64,000 nt of DNA from an uncultured bacterium (GCA_964404285.1 CAYOJK010000010.1:10303-74302), one strand, 5' to 3'; shown: positions 44,981 to 54,564, numbered from the stretch's first letter. Program-made: numbers and translations. Notes: generated by a model not told the origin, from the letters alone.

Positions 44981-45607
44981 ATGAAAAAGCTATTGTTAAC
45001 ATTGATTTTTATTATCGCGGTTCCCGCATTTGCCGGAACACATTACTTCACGGATGGTATCATTCCGGATGGAATGGAATTCAGCATAGGGTATGTAGAT
45101 ATTGATGATGATGGTTGGCTTGATATCTATTTCATACCAATGCGACTGGAAGCGCCGATCGCTGATAACATAAGTCTATTTGGTGAATTCCAATATAACG
45201 ACTATGATTTTGAATCGACTTTCAGCATTGGCGGTGGCGCCATGTTAAGACTAATTGAAGATGGCACAACACTTCCTTTCAATGTTTCGCTGCGGGGAGC
45301 GCTCTTTTACGGTTTTGAGAAAAAAGAAGATGGCTGGACTTTGATTCCATCGATTTTCAGTTTTGAAGGTCGCGCCATCATTTCTAAACAATTTGACCAC
45401 GCAGTCGATTGGACACCGTACGCCAACTTGGTTTTTTCGCGGAGTAAATACAGCTACAACTTTGGAGGCTATAATGCTAGTGAAAGCGATTCCTACCTGG
45501 ATTTCGTTCTCGGTGTAAAACTCCGATTCGATCAATTCGGTATATTCGCCGAAGGCGTGTTCGGTGATCAAGATGCCTTTGGCATAGGTGGTTCATTCAC
45601 GTTTTAA
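44981..45607 (+). CDS. Putative outer-membrane beta-barrel protein
   Basis: Signal peptide, alternating hydrophobic beta-strands rich in aromatic residues, C-terminal GSFTF with terminal Phe (BAM signal-like). Confidence 0.75.
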   Translation: MKKLLLTLIFIIAVPAFAGTHYFTDGIIPDGMEFSIGYVDIDDDGWLDIYFIPMRLEAPIADNISLFGEFQYNDYDFESTFSIGGGAMLRLIEDGTTLPFNVSLRGALFYGFEKKEDGWTLIPSIFSFEGRAIISKQFDHAVDWTPYANLVFSRSKYSYNFGGYNASESDSYLDFVLGVKLRFDQFGIFAEGVFGDQDAFGIGGSFTF

Positions 45608-45707
45608 CACGCTGGATTCGAATACAACATTAGCATTGGTGCCGGTAGGAATAGCAGTTTTTATAAGATTGCCATGCTTACCGGCACAACTATTTCAGAA
45701 AATATAG

Positions 45708-45738
45708 AACGGAGTATATTTCTATACTCGTTTTTTTT
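45708..45738 (+). terminator. Intrinsic terminator after the beta-barrel gene
   Basis: GAGTATA-TTTC-TATACTC stem extended by AAC/GTT, followed by T8. Confidence 0.7.
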
Positions 45739-45948
45739 GAGAAGAATTATTTTTTGATAAACTAAGAAAGCTCTAGTTTTTTTCCTTTTATAAAAGAACA
45801 TCATGAAATTAAATAGTTCTCAAAAAAAGATGTTGACAAAAAACACCATAGGAAACAAAGGGTTGCGGATACTCCAACACATAATTAAAAAAATGAAAAC
45901 CTTCGATCAAGCAGCGACGGAAAGTGTATTCGCACGAATAAAAGAGAA

Positions 45949-45977
45949 TTGCAGAATGTTTTATTAAAGGTTATACT
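45949..45977 (+). promoter_or_regulatory. Sigma70-type promoter for the acidic repeat protein gene
   Basis: TTGCAG, N17, TATACT. AGGAGG ribosome-binding site before ATG 46044. Confidence 0.5.
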
Positions 45978-46043
45978 GTTTACCCTTGGTGATATAGGTA
46001 CCGAGGAAAGGGCAGGTTTCAAAAAAAACAGGAGGTATTTTAA

Positions 46044-46454
46044 ATGATTAAAATAACACGGTTTCTGCTAGTAGCTCTGTTGGTCTGCATGGGAAGCATA
46101 TCCGTTTACGGCGCTGATCAGGTAGAAAACACTGAAGAGCTGGAAGCGCCTGAAACGGCGCTTGAATTGTCTGAAGAAGTTGCACCGGATGCGGAAGAAC
46201 CCATTCAGGAAGCTGAACAGCTAATCGAAGATGCTGTTGAGCAAGTGGAAGAACAAAAAAAGGAAGATGTTGTACAAAAGGAACTTGATAAAGCCACCGC
46301 TAAAATAACTGATAAAGCCATTGAGACAGTTGAAGAAACAGTCGAAGATGCTGTTGAGACAGTTGAAGATGCTGTTGAGCAAGTAGAAGAAGCAGTGGAA
46401 GACGCCGTAGAAAAAGCGACTGACAAGGTTGCTGACGAACTTCCCATTAATTGA
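46044..46454 (+). CDS. Small secreted, highly acidic low-complexity protein with EDAVE(T/Q)V repeats
   Basis: Signal peptide, E/D/A/V-rich mature part. GAAGATGCTGTTGAG occurs at 46227, 46344 and 46365 (21-nt tandem unit). Confidence 0.8.
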   Translation: MIKITRFLLVALLVCMGSISVYGADQVENTEELEAPETALELSEEVAPDAEEPIQEAEQLIEDAVEQVEEQKKEDVVQKELDKATAKITDKAIETVEETVEDAVETVEDAVEQVEEAVEDAVEKATDKVADELPIN

Positions 46455-46525
46455 TCTTACACTTTCAATACGTTTGGATTGATTAACCACTGAAATCCAA
46501 GCTAAAAACTCACGTTGATTGATAA

Positions 46526-46549
46526 AAAGACGCCTGGTCAGGCGTCTTT
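46526..46549. terminator. Bidirectional intrinsic terminator
   Basis: AAAGACGCCTG-GT-CAGGCGTCTTT between convergent genes, flanked by A and T tracts. Confidence 0.85.
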
Positions 46550-46614
46550 ATTTATTGATTAGCAAGAATAACATATTAAACGGGTGAACTATGATTTGAC
46601 GGCACACTCACCAA

Positions 46615-47310
46615 TTACGTCTTTATATCCTCAGAAATCTTACCATCTCGTAACGTAATCCGCCGCCGGGCATAAGCGGCGATATCATCTTCATGGGTCA
46701 CCAAGATGATCGTTTGCCCCTCTTTTTCCAGACCGATCAGGATATCCATAATTTCATAGCTTGTTTTCGTGTCCAGATTTCCTGTCGGTTCATCAGCAAG
46801 AATAACCGATGGGTGATTGACAAGAGCCCGGGCTATTGCAACACGCTGCTTTTCACCACCGCTCATCTCGCTCGGCCGGTGATGACCACGGCGACCAAGA
46901 CCAACCTTTTCCAGCATTTTTTCGGCTTGAGAGCGCCGTTCCTTTGGGCTCATCCCTGCATATACCAATGGAACTTCCACGTTTTCGCGAGCTGTCATAC
47001 GTGGTAAAAGGCTGAAGTTTTGAAAAACGAACCCTATACGCTGATTTCGTATCCGACTCAAGGCGCCGTCATCCAATCCGGATATGTTTTGACCGTCAAA
47101 AAGGTAATCACCTGAAGTCGGCTGGTCCAATCCTCCCAATATGTTCATCAATGTCGATTTACCGCTCCCCGACGGCCCCATGATGGCAACGAATTCATTG
47201 TGCTGAACCGTCAAATTGATATCGAATAGAACCTGCAAAGTCAGCGCTCCCATACGGTAAACCTTATTAATATTTTTTAATTCAATAACAGATTTGTTAC
47301 GGTTACTCAT
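46615..47310 (-). CDS. ABC transporter ATP-binding protein, MacB/LolD-type
   Basis: Walker A GPSGSGKST, signature MSGGEKQRVAIARAL, ILADEPTGNLD, VTHE. Likely start 47310 (ORF track start 47325). Confidence 0.95.
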   Translation of the reverse strand: MSNRNKSVIELKNINKVYRMGALTLQVLFDINLTVQHNEFVAIMGPSGSGKSTLMNILGGLDQPTSGDYLFDGQNISGLDDGALSRIRNQRIGFVFQNFSLLPRMTARENVEVPLVYAGMSPKERRSQAEKMLEKVGLGRRGHHRPSEMSGGEKQRVAIARALVNHPSVILADEPTGNLDTKTSYEIMDILIGLEKEGQTIILVTHEDDIAAYARRRITLRDGKISEDIKT

Positions 47311-48547
47311 AACGCAACGCCTCAATCGGGTTCAGGCCGGCAGCTCTTCGAGCCGGGAAAAAGCCGGCCGCCACGCCGACTGTGCCTGCAACCATAACAC
47401 TCATAACCACCGCCCCGAGCGAAAAAATCGTTTTCCAGCCGGCATAGTGAGATATGACGGCTCCTAATGAGAATCCCGTCACGATACCGAAGACACCGCC
47501 AACAAGGCTCAAGACGACGGCTTCCAGAAGAAACTGTGCCAGTATATCGTTTCGGGTGGCGCCTAAAGCACGGCGTATGCCGATTTCGCGAGTGCGTTGA
47601 GTGACGCCGGCCAGCATGATATTCATGATGCCGATACCACCGACTAACAATGATATGGCGGCAATTGCAGCCAACACCATGTTGAAGCGCCGTTGAGTTG
47701 CCAGGGCCTCCCGAAGCAAATCCAGCGGCACAACCATATCGTAATCGTTCACATTGTTATGCATGCGTTTCAAAATCGTATCGATTAAATCTGCTGCCTG
47801 CTTGACAGTGTTTCGATCAGATGCCTGTACGACAAGCTCAGACAGTTCGTGATGAGTGGCTGTATCTGAAATTCGGCGGCCGACAACACTTAACGGCACA
47901 TAGATATCCCGATTGAGATTTCTCATGCTGATCGCAGATGTGCCGGCTTCCGCTAACCGTTTATCTTCCATTATACCAATAACGGAAAACATCGAATCAC
48001 CAATTTGAAACCATTTACCAGAGACTTGCTGCCAGGGCGCTGAGCCGAAGATTTCCTGATGGATTTCCGCTCCAATAACACATACGGGTTGCGCGGTTTC
48101 CATGTCCATTTCGGCTAGAAAACGACCCTTCGCCGAATGAAAGTTCATAACAGCTACATAATCCGGTGTTGCCCCGATTACGGCTGCATTCACCGTGCGG
48201 CCTTCAAAAACGGGTTTTTCCACAAGTTCTTTCACGGGAGCCATCCGCTCGACAAATGGGCAGTTCGCTTCAATTGCCGTCATATCCATCCGCGCTAATC
48301 CTTTTGGATTCTGTTGAATCGCAGTAATCCGTTCGTGTCCGGAAAGGTCAACAGCCTGGATACGGATATTGGTCAATCCTAATTGCGACACCTGCTCCAT
48401 GGCCTGCTGTTTGGCGCCTTCGCCGATAGCCACGCTGGCAATGACGGCGGCCACGCCGAAAATAACGCCCAACATCGTCAAAAACGAGCCCAACTTGTTG
48501 TTGCGCATTTCCAGCAATCCAATTTTGATGGTTTGGCCTAATAGCAT
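47303..48547 (-). CDS. MacB/FtsX-family ABC transporter permease
   Basis: SFLTMLGVIFGVAAVIA, large periplasmic domain, ISLLVGGIGIMNIMLA.VTQRTREIGIRRALGA, FFPARRAA.LNPIEALRYE. Confidence 0.95.
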   Translation of the reverse strand: MLLGQTIKIGLLEMRNNKLGSFLTMLGVIFGVAAVIASVAIGEGAKQQAMEQVSQLGLTNIRIQAVDLSGHERITAIQQNPKGLARMDMTAIEANCPFVERMAPVKELVEKPVFEGRTVNAAVIGATPDYVAVMNFHSAKGRFLAEMDMETAQPVCVIGAEIHQEIFGSAPWQQVSGKWFQIGDSMFSVIGIMEDKRLAEAGTSAISMRNLNRDIYVPLSVVGRRISDTATHHELSELVVQASDRNTVKQAADLIDTILKRMHNNVNDYDMVVPLDLLREALATQRRFNMVLAAIAAISLLVGGIGIMNIMLAGVTQRTREIGIRRALGATRNDILAQFLLEAVVLSLVGGVFGIVTGFSLGAVISHYAGWKTIFSLGAVVMSVMVAGTVGVAAGFFPARRAAGLNPIEALRYE

Positions 48548-48550
48548 TCG

Positions 48551-49894
48551 CTAAAATCCTTTATCGTTTATCCCTGATTCCGGAGCTGTTTTCGCCGCTA
48601 AGCTAAATAAAGCGACTCTCATTCCAGGTTCTAAACCATGAGTAACAACCGCTTCTAAACGATTCCGCGGGCCGAGCTCGATCGGGCGATACGTGAAGCG
48701 ACCGTTTTTATAGACAAACACATGCGAGCCGGACTGGTCATGCCCGATGGCGCTGATCGGAATGGTCAATACATCCGATATACGCTCTTCGACAAATACA
48801 ACCGATACATTCATGCCGGTCCGAAGTCGTTCATCTTGTGTTGTCAGTCGAACAGCTATTTCAAAAACCTTCCCATGAGAATTATCGCCGTCAGCTCCTG
48901 TATAAACTGTTCCACGACTTTGTCCTCTTGGCATCGCCAGCCAACTTATTGAATCGACCACACCTTCCAAGACGGCATTCTCCAGTGCCGGGACGCGTAT
49001 CCAAACCGGTTGGTCTTCAAATACTCTACCTAAATGAGCTTCGGATACCTGTGTCCAAATCATCATTTCAGACATATCCGGTATTTCCAAAAGTGTCGTC
49101 CCAGAACCGACGCTATCCCCAACTTTGAACGGCTCTTTGTTCCACTGGCGTCTGATAATGACAATACCATCCGCCGCGGCATAACCAACGTGATAACCTA
49201 GATACTTCTCATAAAACGCTTTCAAAGCGCTACTTTGCTCATAGTCATGACGAGCAATTTCCGATTCGAGCTCGACACTCTTCCGACGGGATTCATATTC
49301 CAGTTCAGCTCGTTCCAAAGCCAGTCGAGAAGCCGTTTCCGTCAATCGCAATTGTTCCAATCGCGCTTCAGTGTCAAGCACCTCTGTTTCAGATATCAAC
49401 TGTCGAGCAAATCGATCTCGAAGCTGCTCCAGTTCCCGTTCTATGCGTTCGACATTCAGCTTGTCAAAAGCATAAACCGCGGTTGTTTCCTTAAGCGCCT
49501 GTTCCAGGTTGAATTTTTCTTCTGCAAGAGCTTCAACAGCCCGCTCATAATTCGAAAGTGTCTGACGCAGCTTGATCGTTGTCTTTTCGATCAACTGCTC
49601 CATATTTTCAGTATCGAGCCAGAAGACCGGATCACCCTTTCGGACAAATGAGCCTTCCGGCGCCAATCGTGCGATTTTACCTCTTGTCACCGTCGATACT
49701 GTTGCATTGCGAACGGCTTTGAGCAGACCGACATCATCGATCCCAGAAACGAATACACCTTGTTGAACACGCACGGTATCGGAATCAGGTGGCGGAGCCA
49801 GGGGGTGCGGTCGAGAGCAGGCTCCAAGCAACACAAACAGGCCTCCAGCAACCATGTTAAGGACGAAGATGTTTTTATTGGCTTGTCGACTCAT
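48551..49894 (-). CDS. Periplasmic adaptor (MacA/HlyD-family membrane fusion protein) 2, lipoprotein-like
   Basis: Lipobox LLGAC, lipoyl halves (GKIARLAPEGSFVRKGDP, VGDSVGSG..LLEIPD), long alpha-hairpin, beta-barrel and MP domains. Confidence 0.88.
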   Translation of the reverse strand: MSRQANKNIFVLNMVAGGLFVLLGACSRPHPLAPPPDSDTVRVQQGVFVSGIDDVGLLKAVRNATVSTVTRGKIARLAPEGSFVRKGDPVFWLDTENMEQLIEKTTIKLRQTLSNYERAVEALAEEKFNLEQALKETTAVYAFDKLNVERIERELEQLRDRFARQLISETEVLDTEARLEQLRLTETASRLALERAELEYESRRKSVELESEIARHDYEQSSALKAFYEKYLGYHVGYAAADGIVIIRRQWNKEPFKVGDSVGSGTTLLEIPDMSEMMIWTQVSEAHLGRVFEDQPVWIRVPALENAVLEGVVDSISWLAMPRGQSRGTVYTGADGDNSHGKVFEIAVRLTTQDERLRTGMNVSVVFVEERISDVLTIPISAIGHDQSGSHVFVYKNGRFTYRPIELGPRNRLEAVVTHGLEPGMRVALFSLAAKTAPESGINDKGF

Positions 49895-49905
49895 TGTAAA
49901 CTCAA

Positions 49906-51201
49906 TTACAAACTATCAGGACGCGTCAACAAAATTCGTTGTCCTGGCTGAACACCCTCGTGTATTACAATATATTGGGCGTTCCAAGCGCCGGTTTTAA
50001 CCATTTGTTTTTCAGCCCCCCCCAAACCAGCCAAATAGACGATTCGATTTTCACCATCGGTAAAAACAGAGTCTATCGGCACATAAATATTATTATCCGA
50101 TTCGTATAATAACACAGCGACTCTAGCAGTGATTCCCGGACGCAGATCGTCCGGATTATCCGAAATGCGGACACTGACCTCAAAAACCTTACGACCACCG
50201 CCGCTATCTCGATTTCTAGGCTCGCGCGAGGAGGGAGCTTCGTCGGCCAGAGCTGCAATTTTGTGTATGTCTCCGTGTAGTACAAGACTCGGAAAGGCGT
50301 CCAGATATATCTTTGCCGTTTGATTTTCTTTCACACGAGAAATATCGACTTCGTCAACAAAAGCAATGGCCTCTAATTCGGATAGATCAGGGATTTCAAG
50401 AAACGGCTGCCAGGGCCCGACCTGATCGCCGATAGCTACTTTTTCCGTGTTACCTCCACCTTTCCAAACATTTTTATACATAACCATACCGGACGTAGGG
50501 GCTCGTATTATCGCTTCATTCAAGTTTGTTTGAACTTTTGTCAGCTCCGCCTGATTTTGGTCAACTTCGATGGAGGCCGTCGTCACATCCGCTTTTTGAA
50601 GTTCACGTTGAGATTCCCGGTTTTTTAGCGCTTTTTCGAGCGCCAGAGTGGCATTTTCCACTTGAAGAGTCTGGCTTAAAACTTCCAATTCGGCATCATC
50701 GAGCGCTTTTCGGGGAGAAATATCGGCATCGACTAAACGTTGCGTTTTCTCCAGACGTGATCGTGCCGCTGCGAGCTGGGTTCGTTGATGTTCCAAGCGC
50801 GATTTGGCTTCCTCGATCGCTAGAAGGTTCAAGCGGTCTTGTAGCTGAGCGTTCTCTTCAGCCTTGAGCAATTTTTTTTTCGCGATTTCCAACGCATTCA
50901 CCATCTGCTCTACGTCCTCTTCCAACTCCTCGGTTTCAAACCAACAGATCGGTTGGCCTTTTTCGACAATAGAGCCTTCCGGAATGAGATTCGCTATTTT
51001 TCCATACGTGCGTGGCGTGATATTGGTTGAATTGACCGCACGAATTTCACCGATCAGCATCAATTCCGACTTAAACGGGCCTTCCTGGACAGTCACAACG
51101 ATATCACCGGGAATGATGGCGCGTCTGCTGAATTTCAAGCCGATCACAAAAAGCACAACCAAACCGATACCGATCAATACCCACCGTTTTTTATTCGTCA
51201 T
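49906..51201 (-). CDS. Periplasmic adaptor (MacA/HlyD-family membrane fusion protein) 1
   Basis: N-terminal TM anchor, GKIANLIPEGSIVEKGQ, IRAPTSGMV, VDEVDISRVKENQ, LRPGITARV. Likely start 51201 (ORF track start 51243). Confidence 0.9.
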   Translation of the reverse strand: MTNKKRWVLIGIGLVVLFVIGLKFSRRAIIPGDIVVTVQEGPFKSELMLIGEIRAVNSTNITPRTYGKIANLIPEGSIVEKGQPICWFETEELEEDVEQMVNALEIAKKKLLKAEENAQLQDRLNLLAIEEAKSRLEHQRTQLAAARSRLEKTQRLVDADISPRKALDDAELEVLSQTLQVENATLALEKALKNRESQRELQKADVTTASIEVDQNQAELTKVQTNLNEAIIRAPTSGMVMYKNVWKGGGNTEKVAIGDQVGPWQPFLEIPDLSELEAIAFVDEVDISRVKENQTAKIYLDAFPSLVLHGDIHKIAALADEAPSSREPRNRDSGGGRKVFEVSVRISDNPDDLRPGITARVAVLLYESDNNIYVPIDSVFTDGENRIVYLAGLGGAEKQMVKTGAWNAQYIVIHEGVQPGQRILLTRPDSL

Positions 51202-52741
51202 TCCTATTGTCTCCACTGTGTCTATTAATCGGGTTATCTTCATGCTGTGTTGTATATGACTGATCTGAAGAATGAGGATTCAAACGCAGGTTTTCCGGAT
51301 CGAGGTCACGACCTAAAGCATGAATGATCCGTGCTTTTGCCACTGCCAAATCCAAAATATCGGAATAATAATTATTGCCCGCATCGATTAAGTCATCCTG
51401 AGAACGAATCAGGTCCAAATTTCCAGTCAACCCTTCCTGGTAACTCTGGCCTGCCAACTGAAAATTCATTTCAGCAACAGCCAGCGCTTTTTCAGATACT
51501 TTCAACGCCTCCACAAGCGCCTGATAGTGGCGAATTTCATCGCGAACATCTTTTTCAACCGCAAGACCGGCGTTCATCAGGTTGTTTTCCAGTTTTTTCA
51601 ATCGTATCCGAGCCTGATTCCAGTTTTCTCTGTTTGTTCTGTCCCCTAACACATACGAAAATCCAATGCGAATCGAACGGGTATCATCGTCAAATCGAAA
51701 GCTATCACCAAACCTGTCGCTCCGTTGAACAGATTCAGCATTTAAAAGCAAATCCAAAGCCGGCAACCGCTGGTTCATAGCATGGGTCACCGCTATTTCT
51801 GCGCTGAAAATATCGTTTTTCAAAATGCGCAGATCGAGTCTTTGTTCCAAAGCTTCATCGATGGCGGCGTCGAGTGATATTTCTTCAGGAATATGCTCCG
51901 GCGCATCGGCAAACACCAAAGAGCTATCCAATGGAATACTCAGGGTGAGTTTTAATGAATCAACCTGTGATGCGGCAGCCTGTTGAATCCGAATGAGCGT
52001 GGTCTGCTGGCGTGCCAGTTGCAGCTCCGCCTGAGACACATCCATCTGTGCAACCAGCCCTTCCTCTAGCTTGATCTGGGAGTTTTTCAAGTGCACCATA
52101 GCATCTTCTACGCCACGCAAAGCAACCTCTACCAGTTTTTCCTGTTTTAAAGCAGTAAAATACTGAATGATGACATCCAGAATCAGTCGTCTTTGAGCTT
52201 GAACAAATCGAAAACGCGCGTTTTCTCGTGCCAATCGGTTCTGCCTGACCGTAATATGATCACCCCATAAACCGGCATTTTTCAAAAGCGGCTGCTGAAA
52301 TCGTAAACCTAACGTATTTGAATAAATTCCATAATCACTATCGAAATATTCATCGTATCTACTTTCACTCTCATCATAGCGAATTACATTCGAATATAGT
52401 GACAGAGAACCGCCACTCGTGCTGAACTGTTTGCTGATATCCGCGCGAAAGTGATCATTACGGGAAGATTCATCTGTGTTATCACCGTTATCGATCTGAG
52501 TATGGACAGAATCGGCTTCAAAGGACAGGCGTGGGAAATACGGCGCCATTCCAGACCGATAGACCGACTCGTTTAATTCCAGATCCAACCCATCATTCTG
52601 AAAATCGAAATTGTTTTCCAGAGCCAATTTAACGGCATCCGACAATGCCAACGGGCGTGATTGGGATTCGGAAAAACAGCGAGTGGTGAGAAGCTCACAA
52701 ATAAACAATAAGGAAAGAATATACTTTTTGGAGATTTTCAT
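51191..52741 (-). CDS. TolC-family outer membrane efflux protein
   Basis: Signal peptide, LSDAVKLALENN, two OEP repeats (QPLLKNAG...YF.AL; QRLPALDL...SYQEGL...LDL). First gene of the exporter operon. Confidence 0.9.
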   Translation of the reverse strand: MKISKKYILSLLFICELLTTRCFSESQSRPLALSDAVKLALENNFDFQNDGLDLELNESVYRSGMAPYFPRLSFEADSVHTQIDNGDNTDESSRNDHFRADISKQFSTSGGSLSLYSNVIRYDESESRYDEYFDSDYGIYSNTLGLRFQQPLLKNAGLWGDHITVRQNRLARENARFRFVQAQRRLILDVIIQYFTALKQEKLVEVALRGVEDAMVHLKNSQIKLEEGLVAQMDVSQAELQLARQQTTLIRIQQAAASQVDSLKLTLSIPLDSSLVFADAPEHIPEEISLDAAIDEALEQRLDLRILKNDIFSAEIAVTHAMNQRLPALDLLLNAESVQRSDRFGDSFRFDDDTRSIRIGFSYVLGDRTNRENWNQARIRLKKLENNLMNAGLAVEKDVRDEIRHYQALVEALKVSEKALAVAEMNFQLAGQSYQEGLTGNLDLIRSQDDLIDAGNNYYSDILDLAVAKARIIHALGRDLDPENLRLNPHSSDQSYTTQHEDNPINRHSGDNRNDE

Positions 52742-52904
52742 TGTCGAATATTTCCTCCAGAAACTTATATACTAAACTGATTCTAAAATTAAAGCCTTTA
52801 TTCAAAAATTGCAGATAAATACCGATATCTTAGCACACATAAAAAGGAATCTTTATAACCATACTTTATGAGAATAAAACCATTCTCTTGATGTAATGGA
52901 CGTA

Positions 52905-54086
52905 TTATTCTTGGGCTTTTTGAGACATTTGTGAGAATATCATCTGCCCAATTTCATGAATGACATCGTGCCGTTTCAGTCCTTTGGCCAGACGCGCAGC
53001 CATGCCGACTCGAATTTCAGGAAATTCGTTACGGGCAAGAGATATTTCCGCTAAATCGTGAATGATTATGTGTTGTAGCATATCTTTTTCAGTGAACTGA
53101 TTTTCCTTGAACCAGGTAAAATGTGAGTTGAAAATCATAAGATGTCTGTAGGATTCTTCCCACGATAGCCATTTTTCATAATCTATTTTGGAATTAGGGT
53201 CATATCCATCGCGTAGAGGAAAATCGGTATAGTGGTTGAAATGCACATATGGATCGATAGGGTATCCTCTGAAATCGTCATCTGTGAGTGGGTAGGAGTT
53301 ACCGGTAAGCTGCTGAAGATTGTAACGCACTCCTGCTGGATCTTGAGGCATCAGGCGGTATATTTTTTTATACAGAGCGATCGCTTCCTCTTTTTGGTTC
53401 GAACTTTCAAAAAAATTTGCCAGTGAATGCAGGCAGCTCATATAAATACTGTTCCTCATATTTCTGTAATTTAAAATAAAATCATCCGTATCCGGCAAAA
53501 TAGATTCAGACAACAGAATTCCGAACTGAAAATATTTACGGGCAGTTGCCAGCCTCTGCCCTGCAAGAGACAACATGCCCATCACATGATAGAGGTCCAG
53601 CAACCATGGAATTTTTCCCAGCACAGGGCTGATTGTCTTTTGAGCCTCATCGAAACGCTTTTCACTGAACAATACGGATGCTTTATGAAGTGTTTCCTGG
53701 TCTTCATCAGGAACTGAAGATGTAAAATCATAGGCAAGCAACCGCCATTTTTTTGAGTGGTGTTCAGGAAAAAAATCTTTTGCGGCGGTCGGCCCGTATA
53801 ACCAGACAGGGTCCCAGATACCGTTATCCTCTAGTGTCGCAGGTAAATTTATCGTATCCGTCAATTTTAATTCTTCTGCTACAACTACACCCAGCAAACG
53901 ATCTTTCTTGCCGATCTCCAAGCCACGATCCAGACCTGTAACGCGTACGGATAGTGTTTCATTCTCGATGTATTGGTTGTCTTCCGAATGAAATTCGTAT
54001 TCTGTGCCATCTTTTTCAGCAACAATAAAAATATTGTCATCTCTTTGTTTAACAGTCAGTTCTATAACGGAATCGATAAGCGGCAT
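52905..54086 (-). CDS. Hypothetical TPR-containing protein with a probable DUF1841-like C-terminal domain
   Basis: LED.GIWDP, TPR-like helices (LDLYHVMG...YMSCLHSLA...PQDPAGVRYNL), C-terminal YDP...WL...H...H...E...RL..GL.RHDVIHEIG. AAGGA ribosome-binding site before ATG 54086 (ORF track start 54140). Confidence 0.55.
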   Translation of the reverse strand: MPLIDSVIELTVKQRDDNIFIVAEKDGTEYEFHSEDNQYIENETLSVRVTGLDRGLEIGKKDRLLGVVVAEELKLTDTINLPATLEDNGIWDPVWLYGPTAAKDFFPEHHSKKWRLLAYDFTSSVPDEDQETLHKASVLFSEKRFDEAQKTISPVLGKIPWLLDLYHVMGMLSLAGQRLATARKYFQFGILLSESILPDTDDFILNYRNMRNSIYMSCLHSLANFFESSNQKEEAIALYKKIYRLMPQDPAGVRYNLQQLTGNSYPLTDDDFRGYPIDPYVHFNHYTDFPLRDGYDPNSKIDYEKWLSWEESYRHLMIFNSHFTWFKENQFTEKDMLQHIIIHDLAEISLARNEFPEIRVGMAARLAKGLKRHDVIHEIGQMIFSQMSQKAQE

Positions 54087-54180
54087 AGTCTGTTCCTTTC
54101 CCAGATCAATCAATGATGGCCTGGGCAGCGTAACCATCAAGCTGCCGGGCTTTCACACAGGACAGCACGGTATCAGGTTG

Positions 54181-54462
54181 TTATCGGGTCAGCAACAGAA
54201 GCACAAAAATACTTATTCGTAGGAAAAGCTTCAATAGCTCGCAAAAAGAACAAATGGAAATTGAACTGAAATCTGGCCTGTTCTTAACCGATATCCCACA
54301 AATTTTGGACAACTCGATTATCACCGCCTATTGGGCAACCGATTGAAGGTGACTTAAGGATATGGATAGACTATCGGCTGCTGCCACTATCCCATCTGGA
54401 ACTCTCATCGTAACTACGCACACTACCTCGATCTCATGTAAGAAAGCACAATGCGACTCCAT
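54181..54462 (-). pseudogene. Possible decayed Ntn-hydrolase / proteasome-subunit-like gene fragment
   Basis: Short ORF 54462-54328 (44 aa, below the track cutoff) reads ...VCVVTMRVPDGIVAAADSLS..., resembling the xxxGIVLAADS N-terminus of proteasome-like Ntn hydrolases. It is followed by stops and apparent frame disruption. Confidence 0.35.
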
Positions 54463-54564
54463 TAGGAACGCTAAAGTAAAAGGAACCCGATAATCAGGTC
54501 AGTAAAAGAGCAGCACATCCAACGATCTTCGTTTATCAGGTTTGGAGATGTATCAACAGAAGCG

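Noticed and set aside
45844-45935. Possible riboswitch or att-like element (TGCGGATAC...GTATTCGCA pairing; AAACAAAGGGTTGCG motif)
   Set aside because: A single 9-bp pairing around AT-rich sequence, no recognisable aptamer consensus, no adjacent tRNA end or integrase, and it lies upstream of the predicted promoter.
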